Positions 53,793 to 63,861 of a stretch of 64,000 nt of DNA are shown piece after piece (position 1 is the stretch's first letter; each line of letters opens with the position of its first letter). Origin of the DNA: an uncultured Acidobacteriota bacterium (GTDB lineage Bacteria; Acidobacteriota; Vicinamibacteria; Vicinamibacterales; JAFNAJ01); NCBI GenBank assembly GCA_963697285.1, contig CAVONI010000012.1, positions 383,548-447,547 of the forward strand, read 5' to 3'. The position numbers and the translations under genes are program-made. The notes under the pieces are model-generated. The model saw only the letters and a program-made list of their open reading frames with translations, made no database searches and was not told the DNA's origin.

Positions 53793-55843
53793 TCCTTCCG
53801 GTCCACGCCATCCTCCGCCAGCGCCTCGGCGACCTCCTCACTTCGCTCTACGGGCTGCCGCGCGACGCGCAGCCGACGCTGGCCATCGAGGTGCCGCCGA
53901 GACGCGCACTCGGCGACCTGGCCTTGCCGTTCGCCTTCGAGTTGGCGCGATCCCTGCGCAAGGCACCACGCGTGATCGCCCAGGAGGTCGCCGCCGCGGT
54001 GGGGCCCGTCGAGGGCGTCGCGCGCGTCGAGGCCGCCCCCAACGGCTACCTGAACGTCTTCCTCGATCGTGCCCCCTTCCTCAGGGCGCGCCTCGGTTCC
54101 GGGACGCCACCCGCGCCGCTCGGCACGCTGCTGCGCGAAAAGACCATCGTCGAGCACACCGCGATCAACCCGAACAAGGCCGCCCACATCGGCCACCTGC
54201 GCAACTCCGCAATGGGCGACACGCTCGTGCGCCTGCTGCGCTTCAGCGGAGTGCCCGTCGAGGTGCAGAACTACATCGACGACACGGGCGTGCAGGTTGC
54301 CGACGTGGTGGTGGGCTTCCAGCACATCGAACCGCGGACGCTCGACCAGGTGAAGGCCCTGGCGGCATCAACACGCTTCGATTACTACTGCTGGGACCTG
54401 TATGCACGGGTCACCGAGTGGTACGAGGCTGACAAGTCGCGCCTCGACATCCGCGCCGCCACCCTGCACGCGATCGAGCACGGGGAAGGCGACGCGGCGG
54501 CCATGGGCGCGTTCGTGGCCGAGCACATCGTCAGGTGTCACCTCAAGACGATGGCGCGCCTCAACATCGACTACGACCTGCTGACCTGGGAAGGCGACAT
54601 CCTCCGGCTGCATTTCTGGGCGACGGCCTTCGAGATCCTCAAGCGCAACAACAGCATCTACCTGCAGGAGGACGGCCCCCTGCGCGGCTGCTGGGTGATG
54701 AGGATTGACGATGACATCGCCGGCGTGACCGACGAGGCACGCGCGCTCGCAGCCGAGTCGGCCGACCCCATGGCCGCCGGCGCGGCCGACGCGGAGTCGA
54801 AAGAGAAGGTCATCGTGCGCTCGAACGGCACGGTAACCTACGTGGGCAAGGACATCGCCAACCAGTTCTGGAAGTTCGGTTTGCTGGGCAAGGACTTCCA
54901 CTACCGGCCGTTTGCCACGCGGATGGATGGCGCAACGCTGTACGCGTCGACGAGTGACGCCACCCAGGCGACCGGAGGCGTCAACGGCGTGCCGCACTTC
55001 GGCGACGCGCGCGCGGTCTACAACGTCATCGACTCCCGCCAGGCCTACTTGCAGCGCCTGCTGAAACAGGCCCTCGCTGCGATGGGCTATCGCGAACAGG
55101 CTGACCGATCGACGCACTTCGCCTACGAAATGGTCGCGCTCTCACACGCCACCGCGCGCGAGTTCGGGTTCGTCGCCGAAGCCGATGCCGATCGGCCGTT
55201 CGTCGAGGTCTCTGGCCGGAAGGGCCTGGGCGTGAAGGCCGACGACCTGATCGACCGGCTCATCGCGAAGGCCTCGGCCGAGGTCGGCCAGCGGAACCCG
55301 ACCCTGACCGACGCGGAGGTACGCGAGACGGCCCAGCGGATTGCCATCGCGGCCTTGCGCTACTTCATGGTCAAGTTCTCGCGCGGCAAGATCATCGCCT
55401 TCGACATCGACGAGGCCCTGAGCTTCGAGGGCGAAAGCGGGCCGTACATCCAGTACGCGGTGGTGCGTGCCGCCAACATCTTCAGCAAGCTGCAGGATCG
55501 GCACGGCATGGACGAGGCTGGGCTCGTGGCGTCGCTCGAGGGGGCTCCGACCGAATCGTTCACGTCGGGTTCAGACGCCGACGACCTCTGGGCGCTCGCG
55601 CTCGACGCCGCTCGGCTCGACGAAATCGTCGAGACGGCGGTGAGAACGCTGGAGCCGTCGGTCCTCGCCAAGTACGCGTTCACCCTGGCGCAGGGCTTCA
55701 ATGCGGCCTATCACCGCTTCCCCATCGTCAACGAGGAAGATGCTGGCACGCGAGCGTGGCGGGGAGCCGTGGCGGCGTACGTGCGCCGCCAGCTGACGCA
55801 GGCACTCGCACTCATCGGCAGCGACGTCCCCGCCCGGATGTGA
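53789..55843 (+). CDS. argS: Arginine--tRNA ligase (long form)
   Basis: ATG 53789 overlaps the mobA stop as ATGA. Contains the HIGH-type motif NPNKAAHIGHLRN and a DALR anticodon-binding C-terminus. Confidence 0.9.
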   Translation: MILPVHAILRQRLGDLLTSLYGLPRDAQPTLAIEVPPRRALGDLALPFAFELARSLRKAPRVIAQEVAAAVGPVEGVARVEAAPNGYLNVFLDRAPFLRARLGSGTPPAPLGTLLREKTIVEHTAINPNKAAHIGHLRNSAMGDTLVRLLRFSGVPVEVQNYIDDTGVQVADVVVGFQHIEPRTLDQVKALAASTRFDYYCWDLYARVTEWYEADKSRLDIRAATLHAIEHGEGDAAAMGAFVAEHIVRCHLKTMARLNIDYDLLTWEGDILRLHFWATAFEILKRNNSIYLQEDGPLRGCWVMRIDDDIAGVTDEARALAAESADPMAAGAADAESKEKVIVRSNGTVTYVGKDIANQFWKFGLLGKDFHYRPFATRMDGATLYASTSDATQATGGVNGVPHFGDARAVYNVIDSRQAYLQRLLKQALAAMGYREQADRSTHFAYEMVALSHATAREFGFVAEADADRPFVEVSGRKGLGVKADDLIDRLIAKASAEVGQRNPTLTDAEVRETAQRIAIAALRYFMVKFSRGKIIAFDIDEALSFEGESGPYIQYAVVRAANIFSKLQDRHGMDEAGLVASLEGAPTESFTSGSDADDLWALALDAARLDEIVETAVRTLEPSVLAKYAFTLAQGFNAAYHRFPIVNEEDAGTRAWRGAVAAYVRRQLTQALALIGSDVPARM

Positions 55844-55881
55844 GCGGCCACTCTCGGATTACCTGGAAGGCACGGCACACA

Positions 55882-56571
55882 GTGGGTCCACGCATTGCGG
55901 TGACGCCGAACCGGCGCCACGACGACTACTTCGAATCCATCCGCCGGGCGCACGGGCAGCCGGTGGGGATGACGCCAGACGCTCGTCCCCTGGACGTGCT
56001 CGATGACTGCGCCGGCCTGTTGCTGACCGGGGGTGGCGACATCGAGCCGTCGATCTACGGCGAGGCCGCGCACCCGACGCACAAGCCTGCCGAGGCGCAC
56101 CGCGACGCGCTCGAAATCGAACTGGTGGTGCGTGCCATCGAGCGCGACATCCCCATCCTCGCGATCTGCCGCGGGCTGCAGGTGCTCAACGTCGCACTCG
56201 GGGGCACACTCATCCAGGACATCCCGTCGCAGGTCCCCAATGCCCTGGCCCACAGCGTCACCGAGGCGCAGGATCGGATCGCACACGACGTGACGCTCGA
56301 CAGCGAGTCGATCCTCGCGCACGTCATGGGCGCGAACCCGCTGGTGCCGCGCCTTGCGGTCAACAGCCGGCATCACCAGGCGATCAAGCGACTCGCCGCT
56401 GACCTCATCATCACGGCGACGTCGAGCGACGGTGTGATCGAGGCGGTCGAGCGGCGGCCCTCGCGCTTCTGCGTGGCCGTCCAGTGGCACCCCGAGAATT
56501 TCTGGCGGACGGGAGAGTTCCTGCCGCTCTTCGCGGCGTTCGTCGAGGCGACGACGATCAGTCGCGCGTGA
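55882..56571 (+). CDS. Class I glutamine amidotransferase-like hydrolase (peptidase C26 / PuuD family)
   Basis: GTG 55882 is the first start after the argS stop. Contains LLLTGGGDI, the nucleophile elbow AICRGLQ, and QWHPE. Confidence 0.75.
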   Translation: MGPRIAVTPNRRHDDYFESIRRAHGQPVGMTPDARPLDVLDDCAGLLLTGGGDIEPSIYGEAAHPTHKPAEAHRDALEIELVVRAIERDIPILAICRGLQVLNVALGGTLIQDIPSQVPNALAHSVTEAQDRIAHDVTLDSESILAHVMGANPLVPRLAVNSRHHQAIKRLAADLIITATSSDGVIEAVERRPSRFCVAVQWHPENFWRTGEFLPLFAAFVEATTISRA

Positions 56572-57832
56572 AGCGGACCAGCGTCTCGACGTGCGGCGTG
56601 TTCGGGAACATGTCGAACAGATCGATCGCGGCGAGCCGGTAGCCAGCGTCGACGAAGCGCCGCGCATCGCGCGCGACGGTGGCGACGTCGCACGAGACGT
56701 AGAGCACCTCGCGAGCCCGCCACGTCACGACGCCCTCCAGGGCGGCGCGTGTCATGCCGGTCCGTGGCGGATCGACGATGACCGTCGTCTCGACGCCACC
56801 GGGGCGACGCATGACGTAATCCTCTACTGCCGCGTGCACCACGCGCACACGCTGTCCCAGCCGGCCTGCATTCCGGTCCAGGTCTGCCGCGCTGGACGGG
56901 TCGCCCTCGACAGCGGTGACGTCGGCCTCGGTGCTCGCCGCGGCCGCCAGGGCAAACAGGCCCACGCCGGCGTAGAGATCCACGACGCGCGCGTGCCGGA
57001 TGCTGGCCACCACCACGCGCGAGAGCGTTGGCGTCAGGAAGCGATTGGCCTGGAAGAAGCTCCTGCCCTGGCGTTCGAGCCGGGCCGGCGACGTGGTCTC
57101 GGCATAGGCCGAGATCGGATCACCGACCGCGGGCTGCCCCGCCACGGTCCTGCTCCGGTGGGCCGACATCGACACGGTCAGGCCAGTCACGCCTCCGAGT
57201 TGGCCGACCGCCTCGAACCACGGAGCAGGCAAGGGGGCCGACATGGCGGGTTCGACGTGCAGCACCCGCTCGGACCCGTCGATGTTCTCGGCGACCTCGA
57301 TCGATTCGATGCGCGAGACCGACGTGCGCGTCGAGATGTCGCCAACCTCGCGCAGCACGGCCACGGTGTCGTCGCGCAGTTGACGGGTGATTGCCACGTC
57401 ACAGATGTCGTGCGAGCCCTCGCGGAACGAACCGAGACGCCCATTGCGCACGTGGACGCGCGCCCGCATGCGGTACGCCGACGCCGGCGAGCCGTGCACC
57501 ACCGCGATCCTGACGGGCATCTTCGCGATGCGGGCGAACGCGTCGGTGACGATCGCGGCCTTGATGTCGCGCTGCGCGGCCTCGGCGATGTGCGCGAACG
57601 TCATGCCGCCGCAGGCGGGGTCGGGATTGTCAGTGCGCCGATGAGGCGATGGCACCAGGACCTGTTCAACCGTCGCAAAGACGACGCCGCCCTGCGTCCG
57701 CTCGACGCGCGCGATGACCTGCTCGCCGGGGATCGCTCCCGCGACGAGCACCACGCGACCTTCGTGACGCGCCAGCATGCGTCCGCCAGCGGCGGGCTTC
57801 TCGATCGACAGCGTCAGTCGGGCGTCGCTCAT
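56558..57832 (-). CDS. SAM-dependent RNA (uracil-5)-methyltransferase, TrmA/RlmD family
   Basis: N-terminal TRAM-like beta domain, FFQAN, SAM site VVDLYAGVGLF, DPPRTG, and the catalytic-Cys motif YVSCDVATVARD. Confidence 0.75.
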   Translation of the reverse strand: MSDARLTLSIEKPAAGGRMLARHEGRVVLVAGAIPGEQVIARVERTQGGVVFATVEQVLVPSPHRRTDNPDPACGGMTFAHIAEAAQRDIKAAIVTDAFARIAKMPVRIAVVHGSPASAYRMRARVHVRNGRLGSFREGSHDICDVAITRQLRDDTVAVLREVGDISTRTSVSRIESIEVAENIDGSERVLHVEPAMSAPLPAPWFEAVGQLGGVTGLTVSMSAHRSRTVAGQPAVGDPISAYAETTSPARLERQGRSFFQANRFLTPTLSRVVVASIRHARVVDLYAGVGLFALAAAASTEADVTAVEGDPSSAADLDRNAGRLGQRVRVVHAAVEDYVMRRPGGVETTVIVDPPRTGMTRAALEGVVTWRAREVLYVSCDVATVARDARRFVDAGYRLAAIDLFDMFPNTPHVETLVRFTRD

Positions 57833-58569
57833 GGCACCATCCTCGGCACACCCAGCCACTCGCGGACGGCCTTTGCCGTCAGGCCGTCGACGGCACGTCG
57901 ATACTCGCCCTCGGGCATGCGGCCCTGGAAGGCCGCGAGGTCACGCGTGGCCTCGGCGCGCCCGCGATCGAGCAACGCGGCGTCGGCGTGCGCCAGCACC
58001 GCCGCGTCCCACGCCTCGTCGAGTTCCGCGAGCGTCGCGATGGCCGCCTGCCGTGACTCGCCGCGGGCGCGGGGCGCCAGCGCACGCAGTGACTCGACGC
58101 GTGCCAGAGTGGCGGCGCCCAGCGCGCGAAGCGGTCCCGCGGGCAACTGGACGATGGCCGAACTCGTGCGGGTTGCCACGCGATCGAGGTGCCGCGGCAG
58201 CGACGGGCCTTTCGACTCGGAGGCCGGCGACTCGTCGCCCGCCTGCAGCGCGGTCGCTCCGGGGCCAACGGCGCGCCGCCAATCGGCGAAGGCCTGCTGC
58301 ACGTCGGCCTCGCAGTACTCCAGGCGAAGCGGGCGTCTCACGCCGCGTTGCTCGGCGCGTTCCACGCGGTGGTCGATTCCGCGCTCCACGACCTTCAGCG
58401 GGATCCCTGCCCGATACCAGGCGCGCGCAAGATCGAACGCCGGGCCGATGACACGAATCCGGTGGCCGCCGTTGCGAAGGCAGAGATGCGACTCGATGGC
58501 CCGACAGTAGGCACCGACATCGGCGGGCCCGGGATCGGCCGGTCCGGAGCCCGTGCGGGAATCGGTCAT
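57829..58569 (-). CDS. Hypothetical protein
   Basis: 246 aa. Both ends are ATGA-coupled to neighbours (birA upstream, the methyltransferase downstream). GC3-rich. I recognise no motif. Confidence 0.5.
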   Translation of the reverse strand: MTDSRTGSGPADPGPADVGAYCRAIESHLCLRNGGHRIRVIGPAFDLARAWYRAGIPLKVVERGIDHRVERAEQRGVRRPLRLEYCEADVQQAFADWRRAVGPGATALQAGDESPASESKGPSLPRHLDRVATRTSSAIVQLPAGPLRALGAATLARVESLRALAPRARGESRQAAIATLAELDEAWDAAVLAHADAALLDRGRAEATRDLAAFQGRMPEGEYRRAVDGLTAKAVREWLGVPRMVP

Positions 58570-59405
58570 CGCCAGCGAACCTCGCCGGCGATCACGCGGG
58601 CGATCCCGAGCGCTGTCGCGACCGTCAGCGCGCCGGACTCGTCGATGTCGATCGTACGGCCCTCGCGCTCGCCGTCGGGAGCGTCCCAGACCACGGCCCG
58701 CCCGAATGACGCGCGCGCCCGCGTCCGCCAACGTTCGAGCAGGTCCGACACGGCCAGTGGCGACGTGCGCAACGCATCCACCTCGATCTCGAAATGGGTC
58801 AGGCAGCGTGCCAGCAGTTCCGCCATGTCGATCCTGCGACCGACCTCGCGTTCGATCGACGTCGCCCGCGGCACGAGTTGTTCGGTGACGGCATCGCGGG
58901 AGACATTGATGCCGACGCCCACCACCACGTGCTGGAGGCCACCGCCCGATGTGGCGGCCTCGGCCAGGATGCCGCACAGCTTGTCGCGGCGCCATCCGCC
59001 CGAAGGGTCACTGCCGCGTGAGACCACGAGGTCGTTCGGCCACTTGAGCGCGCAGCGCACACCGTACAGCCCCTCGATCGCGTCGGCCACGGCCACGCCG
59101 GCAGCCAGCGTCATGAACGACGTCTCCCGCTGCCCGCGCGCATCGTTGGGCGGGCGGACGATCGTCGAGAAGTACAGCCCGGATCCGGGGGGCGACTGCC
59201 ACGTTCGCCCGAGGCGTCCGCGCCCGGCGTTCTGGCTGAATGCCACCACGACGAGCCCTTCGGGCGCGCCTTCCGCGGCGCGGCGCGAGGCATCGTCGTT
59301 GGTTGAGCCGGTCTCGGCGAGCAATTCGACGCGCACGCCGAAGCGCATCGACGTCCGGTGGATGGTCACCCGCGGCAGGAAGTCGTTGTCGAACACCTCA
59401 GGCAT
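58566..59405 (-). CDS. birA: Biotin--[acetyl-CoA-carboxylase] ligase BirA (no DNA-binding domain)
   Basis: Contains SQNAGRGRLGRTWQSPPGSGLYFS and KWPNDL. The start is tentative (ATG 59405 or ATG 59348). Confidence 0.8.
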   Translation of the reverse strand: MPEVFDNDFLPRVTIHRTSMRFGVRVELLAETGSTNDDASRRAAEGAPEGLVVVAFSQNAGRGRLGRTWQSPPGSGLYFSTIVRPPNDARGQRETSFMTLAAGVAVADAIEGLYGVRCALKWPNDLVVSRGSDPSGGWRRDKLCGILAEAATSGGGLQHVVVGVGINVSRDAVTEQLVPRATSIEREVGRRIDMAELLARCLTHFEIEVDALRTSPLAVSDLLERWRTRARASFGRAVVWDAPDGEREGRTIDIDESGALTVATALGIARVIAGEVRWR

Positions 59406-60264
59406 CCCCTGGCGTGTCGGGACCCACGACAAACACGAACCCCATCGGCCTCGCCGCAGCGGTGAGGCCCGAGACCACGACACACGACAGTCGGCGAAGC
59501 GCCTCGACTGGCAGCGAGCCGAGGTCCTCGGTGTCGGAAACAATCAGGTCGACCGCAGCGCGCCCACCGACGCGCGCGAGCCCTTCCTCGATGCGAGGCG
59601 CCCACTCCGGCCCGAAGATCAGCCGCCGCACGCCAGCCTCGACGGCCGAGTCGATCTCGTCAGCGGTGCAGACCTCGATGGACGTCGGCAGGTCGGCCTG
59701 CAACGCCATGACCTGCCGGACGGCGCTGGAGAAGTCGAGCGCGAACCGCAGGTGCGCGGCCCGCGCCACGACACCGGCGTCGAGTGCTGCGCGATACGGC
59801 GCCCCGCCGCCCACTCGCACCGCGTAGTGCTCCAGCGCGCGCAGACCGGGGGTCGTGTCACGTGACGACCGCACCGGGCATCCGCGTGCGGACACGACGC
59901 AATCGGCGGTGAGCGTGGCAATGCCCGTGAGGCGACTGACGAAGGTGCGAGCCGTGCGTTCGGCGGTGAGCAGCGCGCCGGCACTGCCGCTGACCTCGAG
60001 GATCACGTCGCCGGCGAGCACCCGCGTCCCATCGGGCACGCGCTGGCCGACGATCGCGAGCGGATCCATCTGACGAAAGGCCTCTTCGGCCAGGCACACA
60101 CCAGCCAGGAGGGCTGGCTGCGTCGCGAGGATGCGGCCGCGTGCCCGCTGGCTTGCGGCGACGAGCGCGTCGGTCGTCACGTCGCCCCATCCCAGGTCCT
60201 CGGCGAGGGCGCGCCGCACCTGCTCGCGGCAGAGCCCGGGATCGAGAGGTGCCACCTCGATCAC
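59398..60264 (-). CDS. NadC-like (quinolinate phosphoribosyltransferase fold) protein with divergent active-site residues
   Basis: GTG 60264 overlaps the valS stop as GTGA. Conserved blocks include LAEDLGWGDVTT, LLTAERTARTFVSRLTGIAT and TTPGLRALEHYAVRVGGG. Canonical RK, NHR, LIKDNH and LDN positions are substituted. Confidence 0.65.
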   Translation of the reverse strand: MIEVAPLDPGLCREQVRRALAEDLGWGDVTTDALVAASQRARGRILATQPALLAGVCLAEEAFRQMDPLAIVGQRVPDGTRVLAGDVILEVSGSAGALLTAERTARTFVSRLTGIATLTADCVVSARGCPVRSSRDTTPGLRALEHYAVRVGGGAPYRAALDAGVVARAAHLRFALDFSSAVRQVMALQADLPTSIEVCTADEIDSAVEAGVRRLIFGPEWAPRIEEGLARVGGRAAVDLIVSDTEDLGSLPVEALRRLSCVVVSGLTAAARPMGFVFVVGPDTPGDA

Positions 60265-62855
60265 GGAACAGGCTCCCTGGCTGGCGGCTCGCCGAGCTCG
60301 ACGGCCGTGACGGCCAGCACGTCGCCGCTGGTCACGTCCCACGCCTGCACGAGGCCCGACGCGCTGACATCGAGGCTGACGGCAGCCAGCAATCCGCGCA
60401 TGTCGTCAGGCAGCGTGATGGCCACGCGGGACACCGGTGTGCGCATGGACTTCTGCCCTTCCGACTTCTTCTTCCTGATGTCGCCCAGGATGTCGGTGGC
60501 CAACCCGAGCGCACGCTCCGCGTCGGCATCGCGCCCGCCGAGCAGCGACACGATGTCGTCAGACACCGGCCAGGCCGCCTTGTGCACCGAGCCCTCGCGC
60601 CACCACGACCAGACGTCCTCGGTGACGAAGGGCAGGTACGGCGCGAAGAGACGCAGCAGCACGTCGAGCGTGATCTGCATCGCGCTGTTGGCCGAGGCGG
60701 CGCCTTCTTCACCGTGGTCACCATACCGGCGCGCCTTCACGAGCTCGAGGTAGTGGTCGCAGAACGCCCAGAAGAACCCCTCGGTGCGCTCGAGCGCCTT
60801 GGTGTAGTTGTACTCGGCGAGATCGGCCGTCGTCTCGTCGATCAGCTGTGCGAGGCGCGTCAGGAGGCCACGGTCGACACTGTGCGTCACCGGCCCGCGC
60901 GGCTCCGCGTTGGCCAGCACGAACTTCGAGGCGTTCAGGATCTTGATCGAGAGCCGGCGTCCCACCCGCATCTGGCCGGTGTCGAACGCGGTGTCGGCGC
61001 CCGACCGGCCGCTCGCGGCCCAGTAGCGCACCGCGTCGGAACCGTGCTCCTCGAGCAGGCCCATTGGCGTGACCACGTTGCCCTTCGATTTCGACATCTT
61101 CTTGCGATCCGGATCGAGGACCCATCCGGAGATCGCCGCGTGCGTCCACGGCAGCGAGTCGTGCGCCAGTTCGGCCCGCAGGACGGTGTAGAAGAGCCAC
61201 GTGCGGATGATGTCGTGCGCCTGTGGACGCAGGTCCATCGGGAAGACGCGGGCGAACAGGTCAGGGTCACGCTCCCAGCCGGCGGCGACCTGCGGCGTGA
61301 GCGACGAGGTCGCCCAGGTGTCCATGACGTCGAGATCTGCGGTGAAGCCACCGGGCTGGTCGCGCTGCGCGGCGGTATAGCCGTCGGGGACGTCGGTCGA
61401 CGGATCAACCGGCAGCCGCGCCTCGCCGGGCACGAGCGGCCGCGCATACTCGGGCTGCCCGTGCGCGTCGAGCGGATACCACACCGGGATCGGCACGCCG
61501 AAGAAACGCTGGCGGCTGACGCACCAGTCGCCGTTGAGCCCCGTGATCCAGTTCTCGTAGCGATGACGCATGTGCGAAGGGTGCCACTCCATCTGCCGCC
61601 CGCGTTCGATGAGGCGGTCGCGATGCGCGAGCGTGTGGATGAACCACTGGCGGCTGGTGATGATCTCGAGCGGACGATCGCCTTTCTCGAAGAACTTCAC
61701 CGCGTGCGTGATCGGACGGGGCTCCCCCAGCAACAGGCCGCGCTCGCGCAAGGCATCGACGACCCGGGCCCGGGCCTTGATCACCGACAAGCCCACCATC
61801 CCGTCGTAGCACGCCTGCGCGGCGGCAGCGTCATCCGACTCCCAGCCGGCGCTGCCCCACGCCACGGGCCGGAACGTGCCGTTGGCCTGGATGACGGCGC
61901 GCACCGGCAGCCCGAGTTCGCGCCACCAGGTGACGTCGGTCGTATCGCCGAAGGTGCAGATCATCGCGATGCCCGTGCCCTTGTCGGGCTCGGCCAGCGC
62001 GTGGGCGAGGATGGGGACGCGCACGCCGAAGAGCGGCGTCACCACGTGCGTCCCGAACAGCGGCTGGTATCGCGGATCGTCAGGGTGCGCGACGAGAGCG
62101 ACACACGCCGGGATGAGCTCCGGTCGCGTGGTGTCGATCTCGATCGCGCCCTCCCCGTCGGCGCGCGCGAACCGGATCTTGTGATACGCGCCCGGCATCT
62201 CGCGGTCTTCGAGCTCGGCCTGGGCGACCGCGGTCTTGAAATCGACGTCCCAGAGCGTCGGCGCTTCGAGCTGGTAGGCCTGCCCGCGCGCCAGGAGCCG
62301 CACGAAGGCGAGTTGCGAGACACGCTGCGCGTCCTTGCCGATCGTCACGTACGTCATCGACCAGTCGACCGACAGCCCGAGGTAGCGCCACAGGTGCTCG
62401 AAGGCCTTTTCGTCCTCGACGGTCAACTGCAGGCAGAGATCGATGAAGTTCGGCCGCGAGATGGCGACGGGGTGCTTGTCGGGCCTGGCCGGCGGCGTGA
62501 ACGCCGGGTCGTAGGGCAGCGACGGATCGCAGCGGACGCCGAAGAAGTTCTGCACGCGGCGTTCAGTCGGCAGGCCGTTGTCGTCCCAGCCCATGGGATA
62601 GAACACCGACTTGCCGCGCATGCGCTGGAACCGCGCGATCACGTCGGTGTGCGTGTACGAGAAGACATGCCCGACGTGCAGCGACCCGCTGACGGTCGGC
62701 GGCGGGGTGTCGATGGCGAACACCTCGTCACGGGGACGCGACCGGTCGAACCGGTAGGTGCCCTCGGCGTCCCAGCGGGCGGTCCATTTCTGCTCGAGGC
62801 CTTCGAGCACGGGTTTGTCGGGAACGGAAGCAGGGCGGGCCGGAGCGTCGGGCAT
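60261..62855 (-). CDS. valS: Valine--tRNA ligase
   Basis: 864 aa with the HIGH motif (PPTVSGSLHVGH), KMSKSKGN and an editing domain. Confidence 0.95.
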   Translation of the reverse strand: MPDAPARPASVPDKPVLEGLEQKWTARWDAEGTYRFDRSRPRDEVFAIDTPPPTVSGSLHVGHVFSYTHTDVIARFQRMRGKSVFYPMGWDDNGLPTERRVQNFFGVRCDPSLPYDPAFTPPARPDKHPVAISRPNFIDLCLQLTVEDEKAFEHLWRYLGLSVDWSMTYVTIGKDAQRVSQLAFVRLLARGQAYQLEAPTLWDVDFKTAVAQAELEDREMPGAYHKIRFARADGEGAIEIDTTRPELIPACVALVAHPDDPRYQPLFGTHVVTPLFGVRVPILAHALAEPDKGTGIAMICTFGDTTDVTWWRELGLPVRAVIQANGTFRPVAWGSAGWESDDAAAAQACYDGMVGLSVIKARARVVDALRERGLLLGEPRPITHAVKFFEKGDRPLEIITSRQWFIHTLAHRDRLIERGRQMEWHPSHMRHRYENWITGLNGDWCVSRQRFFGVPIPVWYPLDAHGQPEYARPLVPGEARLPVDPSTDVPDGYTAAQRDQPGGFTADLDVMDTWATSSLTPQVAAGWERDPDLFARVFPMDLRPQAHDIIRTWLFYTVLRAELAHDSLPWTHAAISGWVLDPDRKKMSKSKGNVVTPMGLLEEHGSDAVRYWAASGRSGADTAFDTGQMRVGRRLSIKILNASKFVLANAEPRGPVTHSVDRGLLTRLAQLIDETTADLAEYNYTKALERTEGFFWAFCDHYLELVKARRYGDHGEEGAASANSAMQITLDVLLRLFAPYLPFVTEDVWSWWREGSVHKAAWPVSDDIVSLLGGRDADAERALGLATDILGDIRKKKSEGQKSMRTPVSRVAITLPDDMRGLLAAVSLDVSASGLVQAWDVTSGDVLAVTAVELGEPPAREPVP

Positions 62856-62905
62856 AGCTGGGCATCGTACCGAGTCGGCACGACCGAGCGCAACCCCGCG
62901 GGCGA

Positions 62906-63820
62906 CTAGACCTGCGCCTTGACCCGCTCGATCTCGTCGCGAACGACCCGTTCGGCCACTTCGAGCACGCGTGCGTCAGCCACCTCGCGGATGACCGCGT
63001 CGGTGAGCCGCTCGACCACCCGGCGTGCGATCGCGTCGACCTGCTCGTCCGAAAGCACGATGGGCCCCGAGGACGACGCGCCCGCTCCCGCTGCCTCTCC
63101 CAGGTCGGCTCCACGTGACTGCGGGGGCGTGACGGCCGCCCACGATGCGGGCAGCGGACGCTCGCCGAGTTCGTCGGCAAGGAGCGCGTCGAACGCCGCG
63201 GCGAGCGACGCGCCCGCCCGGCCCGCCCGACCGGCGTCTGCACCCTCGGGCTCCACCTCCGCCCTGGGAGCCGGCGCCTGCGCCGCGCTCGCCCGGGCGG
63301 CGAGTGCCTCGTCGAGGCGGTCGAAGTAGTCGTCGAGCGTCCGCGCCGGGGCGGGCGTGACGCCGGCGTCGAACGGGAATCCACCTGCCACCGGAGCCGC
63401 CGCACCTTCGTGCGAGGGATTCGGCCCAGGTGCGCCAGCCCCAGACGCCCCGAGCAACTGCCGTACGAGTGCGATGACCATCTGCGGCTCGAAGGGCTTG
63501 TTCAGGACACCGCTGCAGCCGACGTCGCGGGCACGTGCGTCGTCGATCTGCTCGAACGCCCCTGTCATCAGCACCACCGGGATGTGGGCCAGCGACGGCG
63601 TCGCCTTGATGAAGGCCGCCACCGCGTAGCCGTCACGCTCCGGCATGCTCACGTCGGCCAGGACAATGTCTGGCCGTTCGCGTTCGAGGCAGTCGATGGC
63701 CTCCTGGCCGTCGCTGACGGCAATGACATCCATGCCCTCGTCGTGGAAGGTGAGTTCGATGACCTTCTGGACGGTGACGCTGTCGTCCGCGAGCAGGATC
63801 TTGGGCGGCATGGGCGACAC
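62906..63820 (-). CDS. Response regulator (receiver domain plus uncharacterised Ala/Pro-rich and helical C-terminal region)
   Basis: Contains ILLADDS, the phospho-acceptor context DIVLADVSMPERDG, and the receiver-end motif NKPF. The C-terminus is IARRVVERLTDAVIREVADARVLEVAERVVRDEIERVKA. Confidence 0.8.
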   Translation of the reverse strand: MSPMPPKILLADDSVTVQKVIELTFHDEGMDVIAVSDGQEAIDCLERERPDIVLADVSMPERDGYAVAAFIKATPSLAHIPVVLMTGAFEQIDDARARDVGCSGVLNKPFEPQMVIALVRQLLGASGAGAPGPNPSHEGAAAPVAGGFPFDAGVTPAPARTLDDYFDRLDEALAARASAAQAPAPRAEVEPEGADAGRAGRAGASLAAAFDALLADELGERPLPASWAAVTPPQSRGADLGEAAGAGASSSGPIVLSDEQVDAIARRVVERLTDAVIREVADARVLEVAERVVRDEIERVKAQV

Positions 63821-63861
63821 AGTAGCCGCGGTGGCGAAGCCGCGTCAATCGAGGAGCGCTG

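Noticed and set aside
53789-55843. The unusually long ArgS (684 aa) as a possible fusion or insertion.
   Set aside because: The extra length is spread across the protein in regions typical of long-form ArgS. The HIGH region, catalytic core and DALR anticodon-binding domain are collinear, with no foreign domain evident.
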